A stretch of 64,000 bases of DNA from Anaeromyxobacteraceae bacterium (GCA_047602405.1 JASGHJ010000001.1:1728001-1792000); one strand, 5' to 3'. Positions 47,375 to 58,213 are shown, numbered from the stretch's first letter. The notes: generated by a model from the letters alone, not told the origin. Made by a program: numbers and translations.

Positions 47375-48565
47375 CTAGCTGATTCCCGGAGCGCTCGTGA
47401 GCACGATCTTGGCGATCTCGGGGGGCGCGCCGAGGCGCATGGGCGGGCCCCAGTAGCCCGTGCCGCGCGACACGTAGATGTGCCCGGCCCGCTCGCCCTC
47501 GACGTGCCGGTGGAGCCCGCGCACGTAGGGCTGCGCGAACCCGACGAGCAGGTTGAACGGAACGATCTGGCCGCCGTGCGTGTGGCCGGAGAGCTGGAGG
47601 TCCACCCCCGCGCGCACCGCGTCCTCGATGCCCCGCGGCTGGTGCGCGAGCAGGACGAGCGCCTGCTCCGGGTCCCGGCCGGCGAGCGCCTTGCCGAGGT
47701 CCATGTCGTGCATGACGTCGTTCACGCCGGCGAGCTCGAAGGACCCTCCCGCGTCGCCGACCGTCATGCGCTCGTTCTCGAGCACGCGGACGCCGAGGCG
47801 CCGGAGCCACGGCAGCCACTCACCGACGCCCGAGTAGTACTCGTGGTTGCCGGTGATGAAGACGACGCCGTGCCGGGCGCGCAGGTCCTTCAGGGACTCG
47901 AGGATCGGCCCGAGCTCGCGCACGCCGCCGTCCATGAGGTCGCCGGTGATCGCGACGAGGTCCGGCTTCAGGCCGTTCGTCTGCTCGACGACGCGGCGGA
48001 CCTCCCGCTCGCGGATGGTGGGGCCGACGTGCAGGTCGCTGATCTGCGCGATGGTGTAGCCGTCGAGCGCGCGCGGGAGCTTCTCCATCCGCACCGGCAC
48101 CTCGGGCGTCTCGGCGGGGCCGCCCGCGCGGCGCACGGCGAACGCGGAGGTGACGGTGGCGGCGGTGAGCGCGGCGCCCGCGACCGCCTGCGCGACGAAG
48201 ACGCGGCGCGCGGGGTCCGGCGGCGCCGAGGGGCCGCCCCGGAACCAGCCCGCGACGAGCTCGGACAGCTTCACCGCCAGCCGGCCGAGGTCCAGGAAGG
48301 CGAGCGCGACGAGGAGCAGGAACGCAGCGCCCAGCCAGCCGAACCCGAGGGCGGGGAGGATTCCGGAGGAGGCCGCCGGGGAGCGCCGGAAGGTGAACAT
48401 CGCGACCGGGAAGGCGATCGCGAGGAGCACGATCGCGGCGGTGGCGAGCTTCCGCCACGGGTCGGCGAGGCCGGGGTCGCGCACGAGGCGGACCCAGAAG
48501 TAGTAGTGCATGCCCCCGAGGATCGAGAGGGCGACGGCGAGGAAGATCGCGAAGGAGCGGGCCAC
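47375..48565 (-). CDS. Membrane metallophosphoesterase (YkuE-like)
   Basis: SDLH, TGD, GNHEYY, AHQP and SGHTHGGQ motifs. Confidence 0.9.
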   Translation of the reverse strand: MARSFAIFLAVALSILGGMHYYFWVRLVRDPGLADPWRKLATAAIVLLAIAFPVAMFTFRRSPAASSGILPALGFGWLGAAFLLLVALAFLDLGRLAVKLSELVAGWFRGGPSAPPDPARRVFVAQAVAGAALTAATVTSAFAVRRAGGPAETPEVPVRMEKLPRALDGYTIAQISDLHVGPTIREREVRRVVEQTNGLKPDLVAITGDLMDGGVRELGPILESLKDLRARHGVVFITGNHEYYSGVGEWLPWLRRLGVRVLENERMTVGDAGGSFELAGVNDVMHDMDLGKALAGRDPEQALVLLAHQPRGIEDAVRAGVDLQLSGHTHGGQIVPFNLLVGFAQPYVRGLHRHVEGERAGHIYVSRGTGYWGPPMRLGAPPEIAKIVLTSAPGIS

Positions 48566-48651
48566 GGGAGGGGATCCTTAGCCCGGATCCACCTCCCGCG
48601 CCCGCTCCGTGCACGCGGCTTCACGTTTCGAAACGATCGCTGCCGCGGCTG

Positions 48652-49161
48652 CTACCTCCAGGCGTAGCCGCCGCCCCAGGGCTGGTACCGCACCGCGAGG
48701 GCGTCGCGGCGGCGCTCGAGCTCCGCGCGGCGGACCGCGTACCACCGCTCGAAGCGGCGCGTCTGGCCGGGGTTGTGCCAGCCCGAGGCGTAGAACGTGT
48801 CGCGGGCCCGCTCGAGCTCCCAGAAGTCGCGGCGGAGCTCGCGCCACTCGGCGTAGCGCCAGCCGATCGCCGGGCGCCGGGCGTCGCGCCACCGCTCGTA
48901 GCCGCTCCAGCGGACGAACCGGTCGTCGCGGTCGTTGCGGGCGTCGTCGCGCCAGTCGCGGTCGAACCGATCATCGTGCCCGCGACCGTCGCGGTCGTAG
49001 CGGTCGCCGGGGCGGTACGGCTGCGGGGCCGGCGGGGCGTGGCGGTCCGAGTAGCGGTCCCCGTCGCGGCGGTCGCCGCGGTCGTGGTCGTCGGCGCGGG
49101 CGGCGAGCGGGGCCGAGGCGAGGGCGAGGGCGAGGACGAAGGACTTCGAGGCGAACGTCAT
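48652..49161 (-). CDS. Hypothetical exported Asp/Arg-rich protein
   Basis: AAGGAG RBS; signal peptide ending ARA; DR-rich repeats; possible ECF promoter TGAATG-N16-CGTCTC upstream. Confidence 0.65.
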   Translation of the reverse strand: MTFASKSFVLALALASAPLAARADDHDRGDRRDGDRYSDRHAPPAPQPYRPGDRYDRDGRGHDDRFDRDWRDDARNDRDDRFVRWSGYERWRDARRPAIGWRYAEWRELRRDFWELERARDTFYASGWHNPGQTRRFERWYAVRRAELERRRDALAVRYQPWGGGYAWR

Positions 49162-49259
49162 GGCGTGTCTCCTTTCCAGCTTTCAGGAAGGAGACGGAGC
49201 CCGGGCCCGGGGCATTCACCTGTGCGCGGGATCACATGCCCGTCAGGGTGCAGGGGGGC

Positions 49260-49613
49260 TCACGGACCGACCGGCAGCCGATCGATCCTGGCCGCCACGA
49301 TGAAGTCGTTCTCGGAGAGCCCGCCCACGTCGTGCGTCCAGAGCGTCACGTCCACCTTGTTCCAGCCGTGCACGAGGAAGTCCGGGTGGTGCCCCTCGGC
49401 CTCCGCGAGCTCCGCCATCGCGTTCACGAACCGCATGGCCGCGGCGAAGTCCTTGAACCTGAACGCGCGGAAGAGCTGGGTCGCGCCCCCGCGGAGCTCC
49501 CAGCCGGCGAGCGAGCGCAGGGCCGCCTCGGCCTCCGCGGAGGTCAGGGAGGGCATGCCTGCCTTGCAGGGCACGCAGTGCTTCGAGGCGTAGTCGGTGG
49601 CGGAGGTGGCCAT
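49260..49613 (-). CDS. phhB: Pterin-4-alpha-carbinolamine dehydratase
   Basis: CVPC, AEAEGHHPD and WTHDVGGLSENDF motifs. Confidence 0.88.
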   Translation of the reverse strand: MATSATDYASKHCVPCKAGMPSLTSAEAEAALRSLAGWELRGGATQLFRAFRFKDFAAAMRFVNAMAELAEAEGHHPDFLVHGWNKVDVTLWTHDVGGLSENDFIVAARIDRLPVGP

Positions 49614-49671
49614 GGCCGGTGAGGTGCCCGTGCCGCCGCGCCCGCGCAACCGGGCAGGTGGGGGCCCCGGG

Positions 49672-49722
49672 CCGCTCATCCTGAGCGTGGGCCTGCCGCA
49701 AGCAGGCCGGAGTCGAAGGACG
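49672..49722 (-). repeat. REP-like repeat, family A, copy 3
   Basis: CCGCTCATCCTGAGCG...GGCCTGC-cgcaa-GCAGGCC-GGAGTCGAAGGACG. Confidence 0.75.
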
Positions 49723-49737
49723 CTACACTCGCGGGCC

Positions 49738-50109
49738 ATGGACCGCACCTTCCTCTCCGTCGGCGCCGTCTCGGCCGCGCTCGCCGTCGCGGCGGGCGCG
49801 TTCGGCGCGCACGCGCTCAAGGCGCGCCTCACGCCCGACCTCCTCGTCATCTGGGACACCGGCGCGCGCTATCACCTCGCGCACGCGCTCGGGCTCTTCG
49901 CGGTCGCCTGGGCGGCGACGCGCTTCCCGGGCCCGGCGGTCGCGTGGGCGGGGTGGCTCCTCGTCCTCGGGACGGTCCTCTTCTCCGGCTCGCTCTACGC
50001 GCTCGCGCTCTCCGGCGTCCGCGCGCTCGGGGCGGTGACGCCGCTCGGCGGGGTCGCCTTCATCGCGGGCTGGCTCTGCCTCGCCTGGGCCGCCTCGCGA
50101 CCGGGCTGA
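49738..50109 (+). CDS. DUF423 membrane protein
   Basis: GAFGAHAL, Y...HAL, FSGSLY and TPLGG motifs. Confidence 0.9.
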   Translation: MDRTFLSVGAVSAALAVAAGAFGAHALKARLTPDLLVIWDTGARYHLAHALGLFAVAWAATRFPGPAVAWAGWLLVLGTVLFSGSLYALALSGVRALGAVTPLGGVAFIAGWLCLAWAASRPG

Positions 50110-50158
50110 CGCGGGCGTTGCCGGGGCGCGCCGGCTCTGGCAGGCTCGCACCCTTCGT

Positions 50159-51247
50159 ATGAGCCTCGCCCGGGTGACGACCGCGCTCCTCCTCGCGCTC
50201 TCCGCGCGCCTCGCCCTCGCGGAGGCGCCCACGCCGGCGCCCGCCGCCGCGCCCGACGCGGCGAGCTCCGCTCCGGCGGAGGTCCGCGCCGGCGACGAGG
50301 GCGTGTTCCGCCTCCGCCGCGGAGGCACGATCGCGGGTCGCGTGGTCTCCCGGGACGCGGCGCGGGACGTCCTCCGGCTCCGGTCCGGGCAGGAGGTCGT
50401 GCTGCCCGCCGGCGACCTCGTCGCGCGGGTCGGCGACTACGAGGAGCCCGACGCGCCGAGGCCGGGGGATGCGCGCCGCATCCGGCTCGCGCTGAAGGAC
50501 GGCAGCAACGTCGAGGGCGAGCTCGTCGCGCGCGGGGCCTCGTCGGTGACGATCCGGGTGGACGGGCAGGAGCGCACCTACCCGTGGAGCGCGGTGCGCG
50601 GCGTGTTCGAGTACGCCTCGCTCCTCGCCCACCGCGGCGGCCCGGCGGACGCCGCGGGCGTGCGGTACGTCCACGCCAGCTCCGCGACGGGGCTCCCCGC
50701 CGGCGGCCTCGTGGTCGACGCGACCGCCGAGGGGCTCGCGCTCGGCTGGGGCGTCGCCCGCTGGCTGACCGCGAGCGCCGGCGTCTCGACCCCCTACCGG
50801 TGGAACGGCCGCGCCGTGGCCCCCGACTACGTGCTCGGCGCGGACGGGCACGTGCCGCTCCTCCCCTGGCTCTCGGCGTCGGCCGGCGTGCGCGCCCAGC
50901 GCACCGGCCGGGGGAACGTGGTCTGGGCGGAGGGCGCGCTGACCGCCGGCGGCGAGGACTTCCACGCCACCGTCTTCGCCGGCCCACCCCTGGCCGGGGC
51001 CGGCCGGCTCGGCGCCTTCGACGGCGCGGCGGTCGGCGCCGCGCTCTCGAGCCGCTTCACCGCGCGCGTGACGGGGATCCTCGAGGCGTTCACGACGCCG
51101 CAGGGCGGCACCGACGTGGCCGGCGCCGCAGCGGCCCGGCTCCACCTCGCGAGCGCGTGGTCGGTCGAGCTCGGCGCGCTGGGCTCGCGGCGGGCCGTGC
51201 TGCCGTGGCTCGCGGTCACCTGGCGCCGCGACGGAGGCGCGCCGTGA
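50159..51247 (+). CDS. Hypothetical exported protein (Sm-like repeats plus beta-barrel-like C-terminus)
   Basis: Signal peptide; two L..G..(I/V).G..V repeats; amphipathic strands. Confidence 0.55.
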   Translation: MSLARVTTALLLALSARLALAEAPTPAPAAAPDAASSAPAEVRAGDEGVFRLRRGGTIAGRVVSRDAARDVLRLRSGQEVVLPAGDLVARVGDYEEPDAPRPGDARRIRLALKDGSNVEGELVARGASSVTIRVDGQERTYPWSAVRGVFEYASLLAHRGGPADAAGVRYVHASSATGLPAGGLVVDATAEGLALGWGVARWLTASAGVSTPYRWNGRAVAPDYVLGADGHVPLLPWLSASAGVRAQRTGRGNVVWAEGALTAGGEDFHATVFAGPPLAGAGRLGAFDGAAVGAALSSRFTARVTGILEAFTTPQGGTDVAGAAAARLHLASAWSVELGALGSRRAVLPWLAVTWRRDGGAP

Positions 51248-53526
51248 GCCGCCGCGTGCTGCTCGTGGGCCTCGCCCTCGCCGCGGCGGGTCCGGCGTGC
51301 GTGCTCGTCGACGACCGCACGCTCGAGGTGCTGCCGGCGGACGTGCTCTTCGCGGGCGCGACGGGCGACGTCGACCACGACCTCGAGCCCGTGCTCGAGC
51401 TCGAGGCCCGCACGACCGCCGCGCGGGTGGAGCTCCTCCTCGACGGCGTGCGCGTCGGGGACCACCCCGCGAACGGGAAGATCCGCCAGCCGTTCCCGTT
51501 CTCGCCGTACGTCGGCGGTCCGACCACGGGCGAGCACCTCCTCACCGTGCGCGAGGTGGGCGTCGCGCGCCCGAAGGAGGTCACCCGGCGCTTCGAGTTC
51601 TTCCCGAGCCGCCCCGCGGTGGTGCCGGATCCGCCCGAGGGATACGCCGCGCTCGACACCCGGACGATCCGGCTGCGGTTCGAGCACGCGCCGGTGGCCT
51701 CGCGGCTCGGCGCGGACGACATCCGGCTCGAGCTCGACGGCGTGCCCTCCGGCGGCCCGCGCGTCGAGGGCGACGGCACCGTCCTCGCCTTCGACCTGCC
51801 CTCGCCGCTCGCGGCGTAGGGCACGGTCGCCATCACCTACCAGCCGGCGCGCCTGTTCGGCGCGCGCGCGGACCGGGTCGTCCGGCACACGTGGACGGGC
51901 GCCCTCGTCGACGCGACCGTCTCGCACGAGGGCCCGAGCCTCGTCGCGGGCAAGGTGCTCCTCGGCGTGGCCTGGAGCGGGCGGTTCCCCCCCGCCGTCC
52001 AGCTGCGCGCCGGCGAGCGCGTGATCGCCACGCTCGGCCCCGCGCCGCCGCCGCTCCCGGTGGAGTGGGACACCACGGGGGTGCCCGAGGGGACGTACCC
52101 GCTCTCGCTGGCCGCGGACGGCTACCGCTTCCGCTACACGCCGGCCCCGCCGACGCTGGTCGTCGCGAACGCGCCCGCCGAGGGGATCACCTGCCCCGCG
52201 CCGACGGGGGACGTCCGGCCGCTCGGCGACGTGTGCGTCACCGTGGTCCCGCCCGCGGGCGTGACGATCGTGGAGGGCGCCTTCGAGGTCGCGGGCCGCA
52301 CGAGCGCGGCGGCGATTCCCGGCAACCGCGCCTGCAGCGCCCTCGCGCGCGACGTCGGCTCGTTCTGGGAGCCGCTCGTCGGGCCCGGGTTCGAGGCACC
52401 CGACCTCGGCGGCACGGCGACCTTCACGGCGACGCTCCGCACCGCGGCCGGCGTGACCGGCACCGCGAGCTGCACCCTCGCCTGGCCGGCGTGGCGCGCG
52501 CCGCTCCCGGACCCTTTGCCGGGCCCGGTCGCCGCGAGCGAGGTCTCGCTCGTCGCCGACTCGGGGACCTGCGGGCTCCTCTCCGGGCTCTGCCTCGGCG
52601 GAAACGACGGCCTGCTCCTCGCCATCGGCGCCGGGGCCGAGGCCGGGCGCGTCCGGGCCTGGGCGTTCACGGACGGTGGCTGGACCTCCGGGGGCTCCCT
52701 GGGTGGCGGGGCGAACGTCGCGGCCTCCGCGCTCGCGGGCGACCTGTGGGTGGAGCGCTCCGCCGGCGGGCCGGGCAGGCTCCGGCAGGCGCAGACCATC
52801 CCCGACCTGAACCTCGACCCCGCGGCGGACGCGGACGAGCCCGCGGTGTCCCCGGGCGGCACCGTGGTCGGCCAGTCCGCCACCCGCGCGTGGACGGAGG
52901 CGCAGGCGAGCGGGCGGGCCATCGTCGTGTACGGCAGGCCCGTCCCGCGCCTCGACCCGGCCGCGGTCGCGTCGCAGCCCGCGGTGACGGAGCCCGTGGC
53001 GCTCTTCGGCCTGGATCCGACCTTCGCGGCCTGGATCGAGCGGGCTCCCGGGGGCGTGGCGAGGGTCCGCGCGGCCACGCCGTCCCCGTACGCCGACCCG
53101 GTCTGGTACGAGGGGGTGACGAACGCCGACCCCGCGGTGGATGCGGCGGAGCCGGCCGTCTTCGCGGCGAAGGGCATCGCGATCGTCGCCTGGCGCGAGG
53201 GCGGGAAGCTCCTCGCCCGCGTCGTCACCGCGGGTGGGGTCGGGCCGCCCGAGGTGCTCAACGCCGACCCCGCCCGCGCCGCGCGCCGGCCGCGCTTCGA
53301 CGCCGACGGCCGGACGCCCACGCTGTACTGGCTCGAGGCCGACGCCGCCGGCGGCGAGGCGATCCGCGTGCGGCGGTACACGGGCTCGTCCTGGCTCCTC
53401 TACCCGCAGGCGGTGAACGGCCCCGCGCCCGGCGCCGTGAGGTCCTACGCGGTCGACGCCCACCGGGTGGTCTGGGTGGACGGCGCGGGAGGAGTTCACC
53501 TGCGCGTCGCGGGCTTCCCGCGCTGA
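51244..53526 (+). pseudogene. Large beta-rich lipoprotein interrupted by an in-frame TAG (51817-51819)
   Basis: GTG start with Cys-containing signal; the same frame and GC3-rich codons continue on both sides of the TAG to TGA 53526. Confidence 0.55.
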
Positions 53527-53618
53527 GCCGCGGCCCGCTGCGCGACTTCCCCGAAGGGTGCCCGGCGGGACGGAACGCTCGCGAGGGCCCCCCGGTTCGT
53601 GGCAGCATGCCTGCCCAC

Positions 53619-54984
53619 ATGTCCACGACCGCCGCCGCCCGCGAGCGCTTCCCCCGCTCGATTCTGGTTCCTCGCCTGGAACGAGGCCGCCGAGCGCTTC
53701 TCGTACTACGGCATGACGTCGATCCTCACCCTGCACCTCGTGCAGCACATGGGGATTGCGAAGAACGAGGCCGTCTCCTGGTACTCGTACTTCGTGGCGG
53801 CGGTGTACCTGATGCCGCTCGTCGGCGGCGTCCTCGCCGACCGCTGGTGGGGCCGGTACCACACCATCCTCTGGCTCTCGTTCGGCTACGTCGCGGGCCA
53901 CCTCACCATCGCGTTCTTCGAGTCGCCGATCGGCATGATCGTCGGCTGCGCGCTCATCGCGATCGGCTCGGGCGGCATCAAGCCCAACGCGTCGGCCTAC
54001 GCCGGCGACCAGATCCCGAAGGGCAACAAGCCGCTCCTCGAGCGGCTGTACGACCTCTGGTACTGGATGATCAACGTCGGCTCGCTCTCTTCGCAGTTCG
54101 CGGTGCCCTGGCTCTACGAGCGGTACGGCCCGCGCGTCGCGTTCGGCACGCCCGCCGCCGCGATGGCGCTCGCGCTCGTGCTGTTCCTGCTCGGGAGGAA
54201 GCAGTACGTCCGGCCGCCGCCGACCGGCCCGTCGCCGCACGGGTTCCTGAAGGTGCTCGCCGGTGGGTTCTCCGGGGCGGGCGGTTCCTGGACCGAGCGC
54301 GCGCTCTCCCGGCACCCCGCCGAGGCGGTCGAGGGCGTGAAGGCGGTGTTCCGGATCGGCGTCGTCTTCGCGGCGGTCTCGGCGTTCTGGTCGCTCTTCT
54401 TCCAGTACGGCTCCACCTGGACGCTCCAGGCGGAGGAGATGAACCGCGCGCTCGGCGACTACACCATCCCCGCCGGCCAGGTGCAGACGCTCGACGCGCT
54501 GTTCGTGCTGAGCCTCATCCCGGTGCTGACCTTCTTCGTCTACCCGGCCATCGAGCGGCGGGTGAGGCTCACCGCGCTGCGCAAGATGGCGGCGGGCATG
54601 TTCGTCATGGTGATCGCGTTCCTGATCACCGCCGCGGTCGAGGGCGAGCTCCGGGCCGGGCACCAGCTCCACGTGGCCTGGCAGATCCCGCAGTACTTCT
54701 TCCTCGCGGTCGCGGAGGTGCTCGTCTCGGTGACCGCGCTCGAGTTCGCGTACACGCAGGCGCCGGCCTCCTTCAAGAGCGCGATCATGGGCATGTGGTT
54801 CCTCACGTTCTTCGTGGGGAGCATGCTCACCGGCATCGTCTCCTCCCTGAACCGGTTCCAGGGCGTCGGCTTCTACCTCTTCTTCGCGGCGCTCCAGCTC
54901 GTGGCGGCCGTCGCCTTCGCCGGGCTCGCGCGCTGGTACCCGGAGCGGCCCGCCGCGGGCGCGGCCGCGCAGCCGGCGGCGTAG
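53619..54984 (+). CDS. POT/PTR proton-dependent oligopeptide transporter, apparent +1 frameshift near 53662
   Basis: MSTTAAARERFPRSI, then WFLAWNEAAERFSYYGM in the +1 frame; GGIKP and LEFAYTQAP motifs. Confidence 0.8.
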
Positions 54985-54997
54985 GGGAGACCCACGC

Positions 54998-56360
54998 GTG
55001 CGCTACCCGCCGCAGGTCAAGTACATCATCGGCCAGGAGGCCACCGAGCGCTTCTCGTTCTACGGGATGCGCTCGATCCTCACGCTGTACATGCTCGACC
55101 ACCTGTACTTCGCGGAGGCCGACGCGAAGTCCTGGTTCCACCTGTTCGTGATGGCGAACTTCCTCACGCCGCTCGCCGGCGGGTGGATCGCCGACCGCTA
55201 CTGGGGCCGCTACCGCACCATCCTCTGGATCTCGCTCGCGTACGTCGTGGGGCACGCGACGCTCGCGATTCTGGGAGACGCCGGTGGGCCTGCTCGTCGG
55301 GTGCTCGCTCATCGCGCTCGGCGCGGGCGGCATCAAGCCGTGCGTGTCCGCGTTCGTGGGCGATCAGTTCGTGCCGGGCGAGGAGCGGCTGCGCGACCGC
55401 GTCTACGGCTGGTTCTACTGGTCCATCAACCTCGGCTCGTTCTTCTCGTACCTCACGATCCCGACGCTCCTGAAGACCGTCGGCCCCTGGGCCGCGTTCG
55501 GCGTGCCCGGGATCCTCATGCTCGTCTCCCTCCTCTTCTTCTGGGGCGGGACGAAGCACTACCGCATGACGCCGCCCTCGGGCCCGAACCCGCACAACGT
55601 CTACGCGGTGATCCGCGACGCCGTGCACAAGCTCGGCACCGGCCGCCACGGCCAGCACTGGCTCGACCTCGCCCTCGCCAAGCACCCGCAGGAGGCCGTC
55701 GAGGGCGCGAAGGCCGTGTTCAAGCTCGCCGGCGTGTTCGCGGCCGTGGCGTTCTTCTGGGCGCTCTTCGACCAGAAGAGCTCGACCTGGGTCATCCAGT
55801 CGAAGGCCCTCGACCGCCAGTTCTTCGGCGTCGAGCTCTCCCCGGCCGCGTTCCAGCTCTACAACCCGGTCCTCGTGATGGTGCTGATCCCGTTCCTCAC
55901 CTGGGTCGTCTTCCCGGGGCTCGAGCGCCGGGGCGTGTCGCTGGCCCCGCTGCGCAAGATGACGCTCGGCATGTTCCTGACCGCGATCTCCTTCGGGGTC
56001 GCGGCGGTGCTGCAGACGTTCCTCGACGGCGGGCAGACGCTGAGCGTGATGTGGCAGTTCCCGCAGTACGTCTTCCTGACGGCCGGCGAGGTGCTGGTCT
56101 CGGTCACCGGCCTCGAGTTCGCGTACTCGCAGGCGCCGCGGTCGCTGCGCTCGACCATCATGTCGGTCTGGTTCCTGACGGCCGCGGCCGGCAACGGCAT
56201 CACCGCGATCCTCTCGAAGCTGCTCCGCCTGCACGGGGCGGCGAACTTCTGGGTGTACGCCGCGCTGATGCTCGTGGCCGCCATCGCGTTCCGCGAGGTC
56301 GCGAAGCGGTACCGGCCGTGGTCGCCCGAGGCTGCTGCGGCCGCCGCCGCGGCGCGCTAG
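54998..56360 (+). CDS. POT/PTR oligopeptide transporter paralog, apparent +1 frameshift near 55270
   Basis: EATERFSFYGMR...HATLAI, then WETPVGLLVG...GGIKP...LEFAYSQAP in the +1 frame. Confidence 0.8.
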
Positions 56361-56369
56361 GATTCGCCC

Positions 56370-56864
56370 ATGCTGATGAAGGAGACGCTCTGGGTCCGCC
56401 TGCTCGGCCTGCGCATCCCCGGCCTGCTCTTCTGCTCGCCCAGGGTGCTCGAGCTCGACGACGAGGGCTGCGCGGTGGGCATCCCGCTCCGCTGGCGCAC
56501 GAAGAACCACCTCGGCTCGATGTACTTCGCGGTGCTCGCCGCCGGCGCCGATCTCGCCGCGGGGCTCAACGCCTTCCGGCTCATCCGCGAGCAGCACCCG
56601 AAGGTGAACCTCATCTTCGCCGACGTGAAGGCGCAGTTCCTGAAGCGGGCGGACGGCGACGTGGTCTTCCGCTCCCGGCAGGGGAAGCAGATCGCCGAGG
56701 CCATGCGGCAGACCGAGGCGACCGGGGAGCGCGTCACGTTCCCGGTCGAGATCGTGGCCACCGTGCCCTCGAAGTACGGCGACGAGCCCGTCGCGAGGTT
56801 CACCCTCGGGCTCTCGCTGAAGAAGAAGTCGGACAAGCCGGCGGAAGCGCCGAAGGCGGCCTGA
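56370..56864 (+). CDS. DUF4442/PaaI-like hotdog-fold protein
   Basis: TKNHLGSMYF, D...G and FLKRA.GDV motifs. Confidence 0.75.
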   Translation: MLMKETLWVRLLGLRIPGLLFCSPRVLELDDEGCAVGIPLRWRTKNHLGSMYFAVLAAGADLAAGLNAFRLIREQHPKVNLIFADVKAQFLKRADGDVVFRSRQGKQIAEAMRQTEATGERVTFPVEIVATVPSKYGDEPVARFTLGLSLKKKSDKPAEAPKAA

Positions 56865-58192
56865 TGAACGCTCGGACCAGCACCCTCGCCCTGTTGCTCG
56901 CCGCGGGCCTCGCGCCCGCCGTCGCGCACGCGTCGAGCGGCATGAAGTCCTCGATCGAGGACGACTACCCCGCCGCGCTCGCCGCGGCGAAGGCCCGGAA
57001 CGTCCCGATCGTCGTGGACGTCTGGGCCCCCTGGTGACCCACCTGTCGCTTCATGCGGGCGTACGTCCTCCCGGACCCTCGCCTCGTGAAGCTCGCCGGA
57101 CGGTTCGTCTGGCTCGGCATCGACACGGAGAATCCGAAGAACCTCCACTTCACGGAGAAGTTCCCCATCGACGCGTGGCCGTCGCTGCTCGTCGTGGACC
57201 CGGCCACCGAGCAGGTGGTGGTGCGCTGGGCGGGGACCGCCACGGCCGCGGAGATCGAGAAGCTCGCGATCGACGGTGAGCGCGCGCTGAAGTCGCAGGC
57301 CGCCTCCCGCGCCGACGGCTACCTCGCCGAGGCGGACAAGCTGCTCGGGGCCCGCGCCCACGCCAAGGCCGCCGAGGCGTACGGGAAGGCGGTCGCCGAG
57401 GGCGGCAAGGCCTGGCCCGGCTACGAGCGCGCCGCCGAGGCGCGGGTCTCGTCGCTCGCGCTCGCGGACGACGCGGCGGGCTGCGCCGCCGCCGCGCGCG
57501 AGCTCTCCCCGGCGATCCGCGGCGCACCCTCGGCCGCGCGCGTGCTCGCGCAGGGCCTGGGCTGCGCGCTCTCGCTCGACGGCGAGGACGCGAAGAAGGC
57601 CGCGGTGGCGCCGCTCGTGGAGCGCGCGAAGAAGCTGCTCGGCGACCCCGCCGTGCTCGCCGACGACCGCTCCTGGCTCTACGACGAGCTCGTGCAGGTG
57701 AAGCGCGGCCAGGGCGACGAGGCGGGCGCGAAGGCGCTCGCGGGCCGGTGGCTCCAGTTCCTCGAGCGCGAGGTGAAGCGCGCGAAGGGGCCGATGGAGC
57801 GCTCCGCCTTCAACGGCCAGCTCGTCAGCGCCGCCCTCGCGGTGGGCCAGCCGGAGCGGGTGCTCCCGACGCTCGTCCAGTCGGAGAAGGACCTCCCCGG
57901 AGACTTCGCGCCGCCGACGCTCGTCGGCTACGTGAGCCTCAAGCTCGGCAAGAACGCGGAGGCCCTCGCGGCGGCCGACCGTGCCCTCGCGCTCGCGCAG
58001 GGGCCGCGCCGGATCCGGATCCTCGTGCTCAAGGGGCAGGCCGAGCAGGCGCTCGGCCAGCCGGACGTCGCGCGCGCGACCTTCGAGCGGGCCCTCGCGG
58101 AGGGCGAGGCGCTGCCCGACAACGCGCGGCCCACCGGGTTCATGCGGCAGGCGAGGAAGGCCCTCGACGGGCTGAAGCCGGCGGGGTCCTGA
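56864..58192 (+). CDS. Exported thioredoxin-like/TPR selenoprotein (UxxC), 442 aa
   Basis: ATG overlaps the upstream stop; signal peptide; AALAAAKARNVPIVVDVWAPW-TGA-PTC; the frame continues to 58192 with a WP cis-Pro motif and helical repeats. Confidence 0.85.
57048..57092 (+). promoter_or_regulatory. Candidate bacterial SECIS element
   Basis: Stem GCTTCATG/CGTGAAGC starts 10 nt after the TGA; alternative small hairpin GGGC-GTAC-GTCC (57057-57068) has GU in its loop. Confidence 0.55.
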
Positions 58193-58213
58193 CGGCGGGC
58201 CGGGGCGCGGCGC

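Noticed and set aside
48150..48215. Internal twin-arginine-like motif in the metallophosphoesterase
   Set aside because: This is a usual feature of the membrane-bound family and not novel.
13144..49722. CRISPR array or IS ends from the repeats
   Set aside because: The copies are dispersed, with no spacers, cas genes or transposase.
51817..51900. Pyrrolysine/PYLIS at the in-frame TAG
   Set aside because: No pyl genes in the window, no convincing hairpin, and the protein is not a methylamine methyltransferase.
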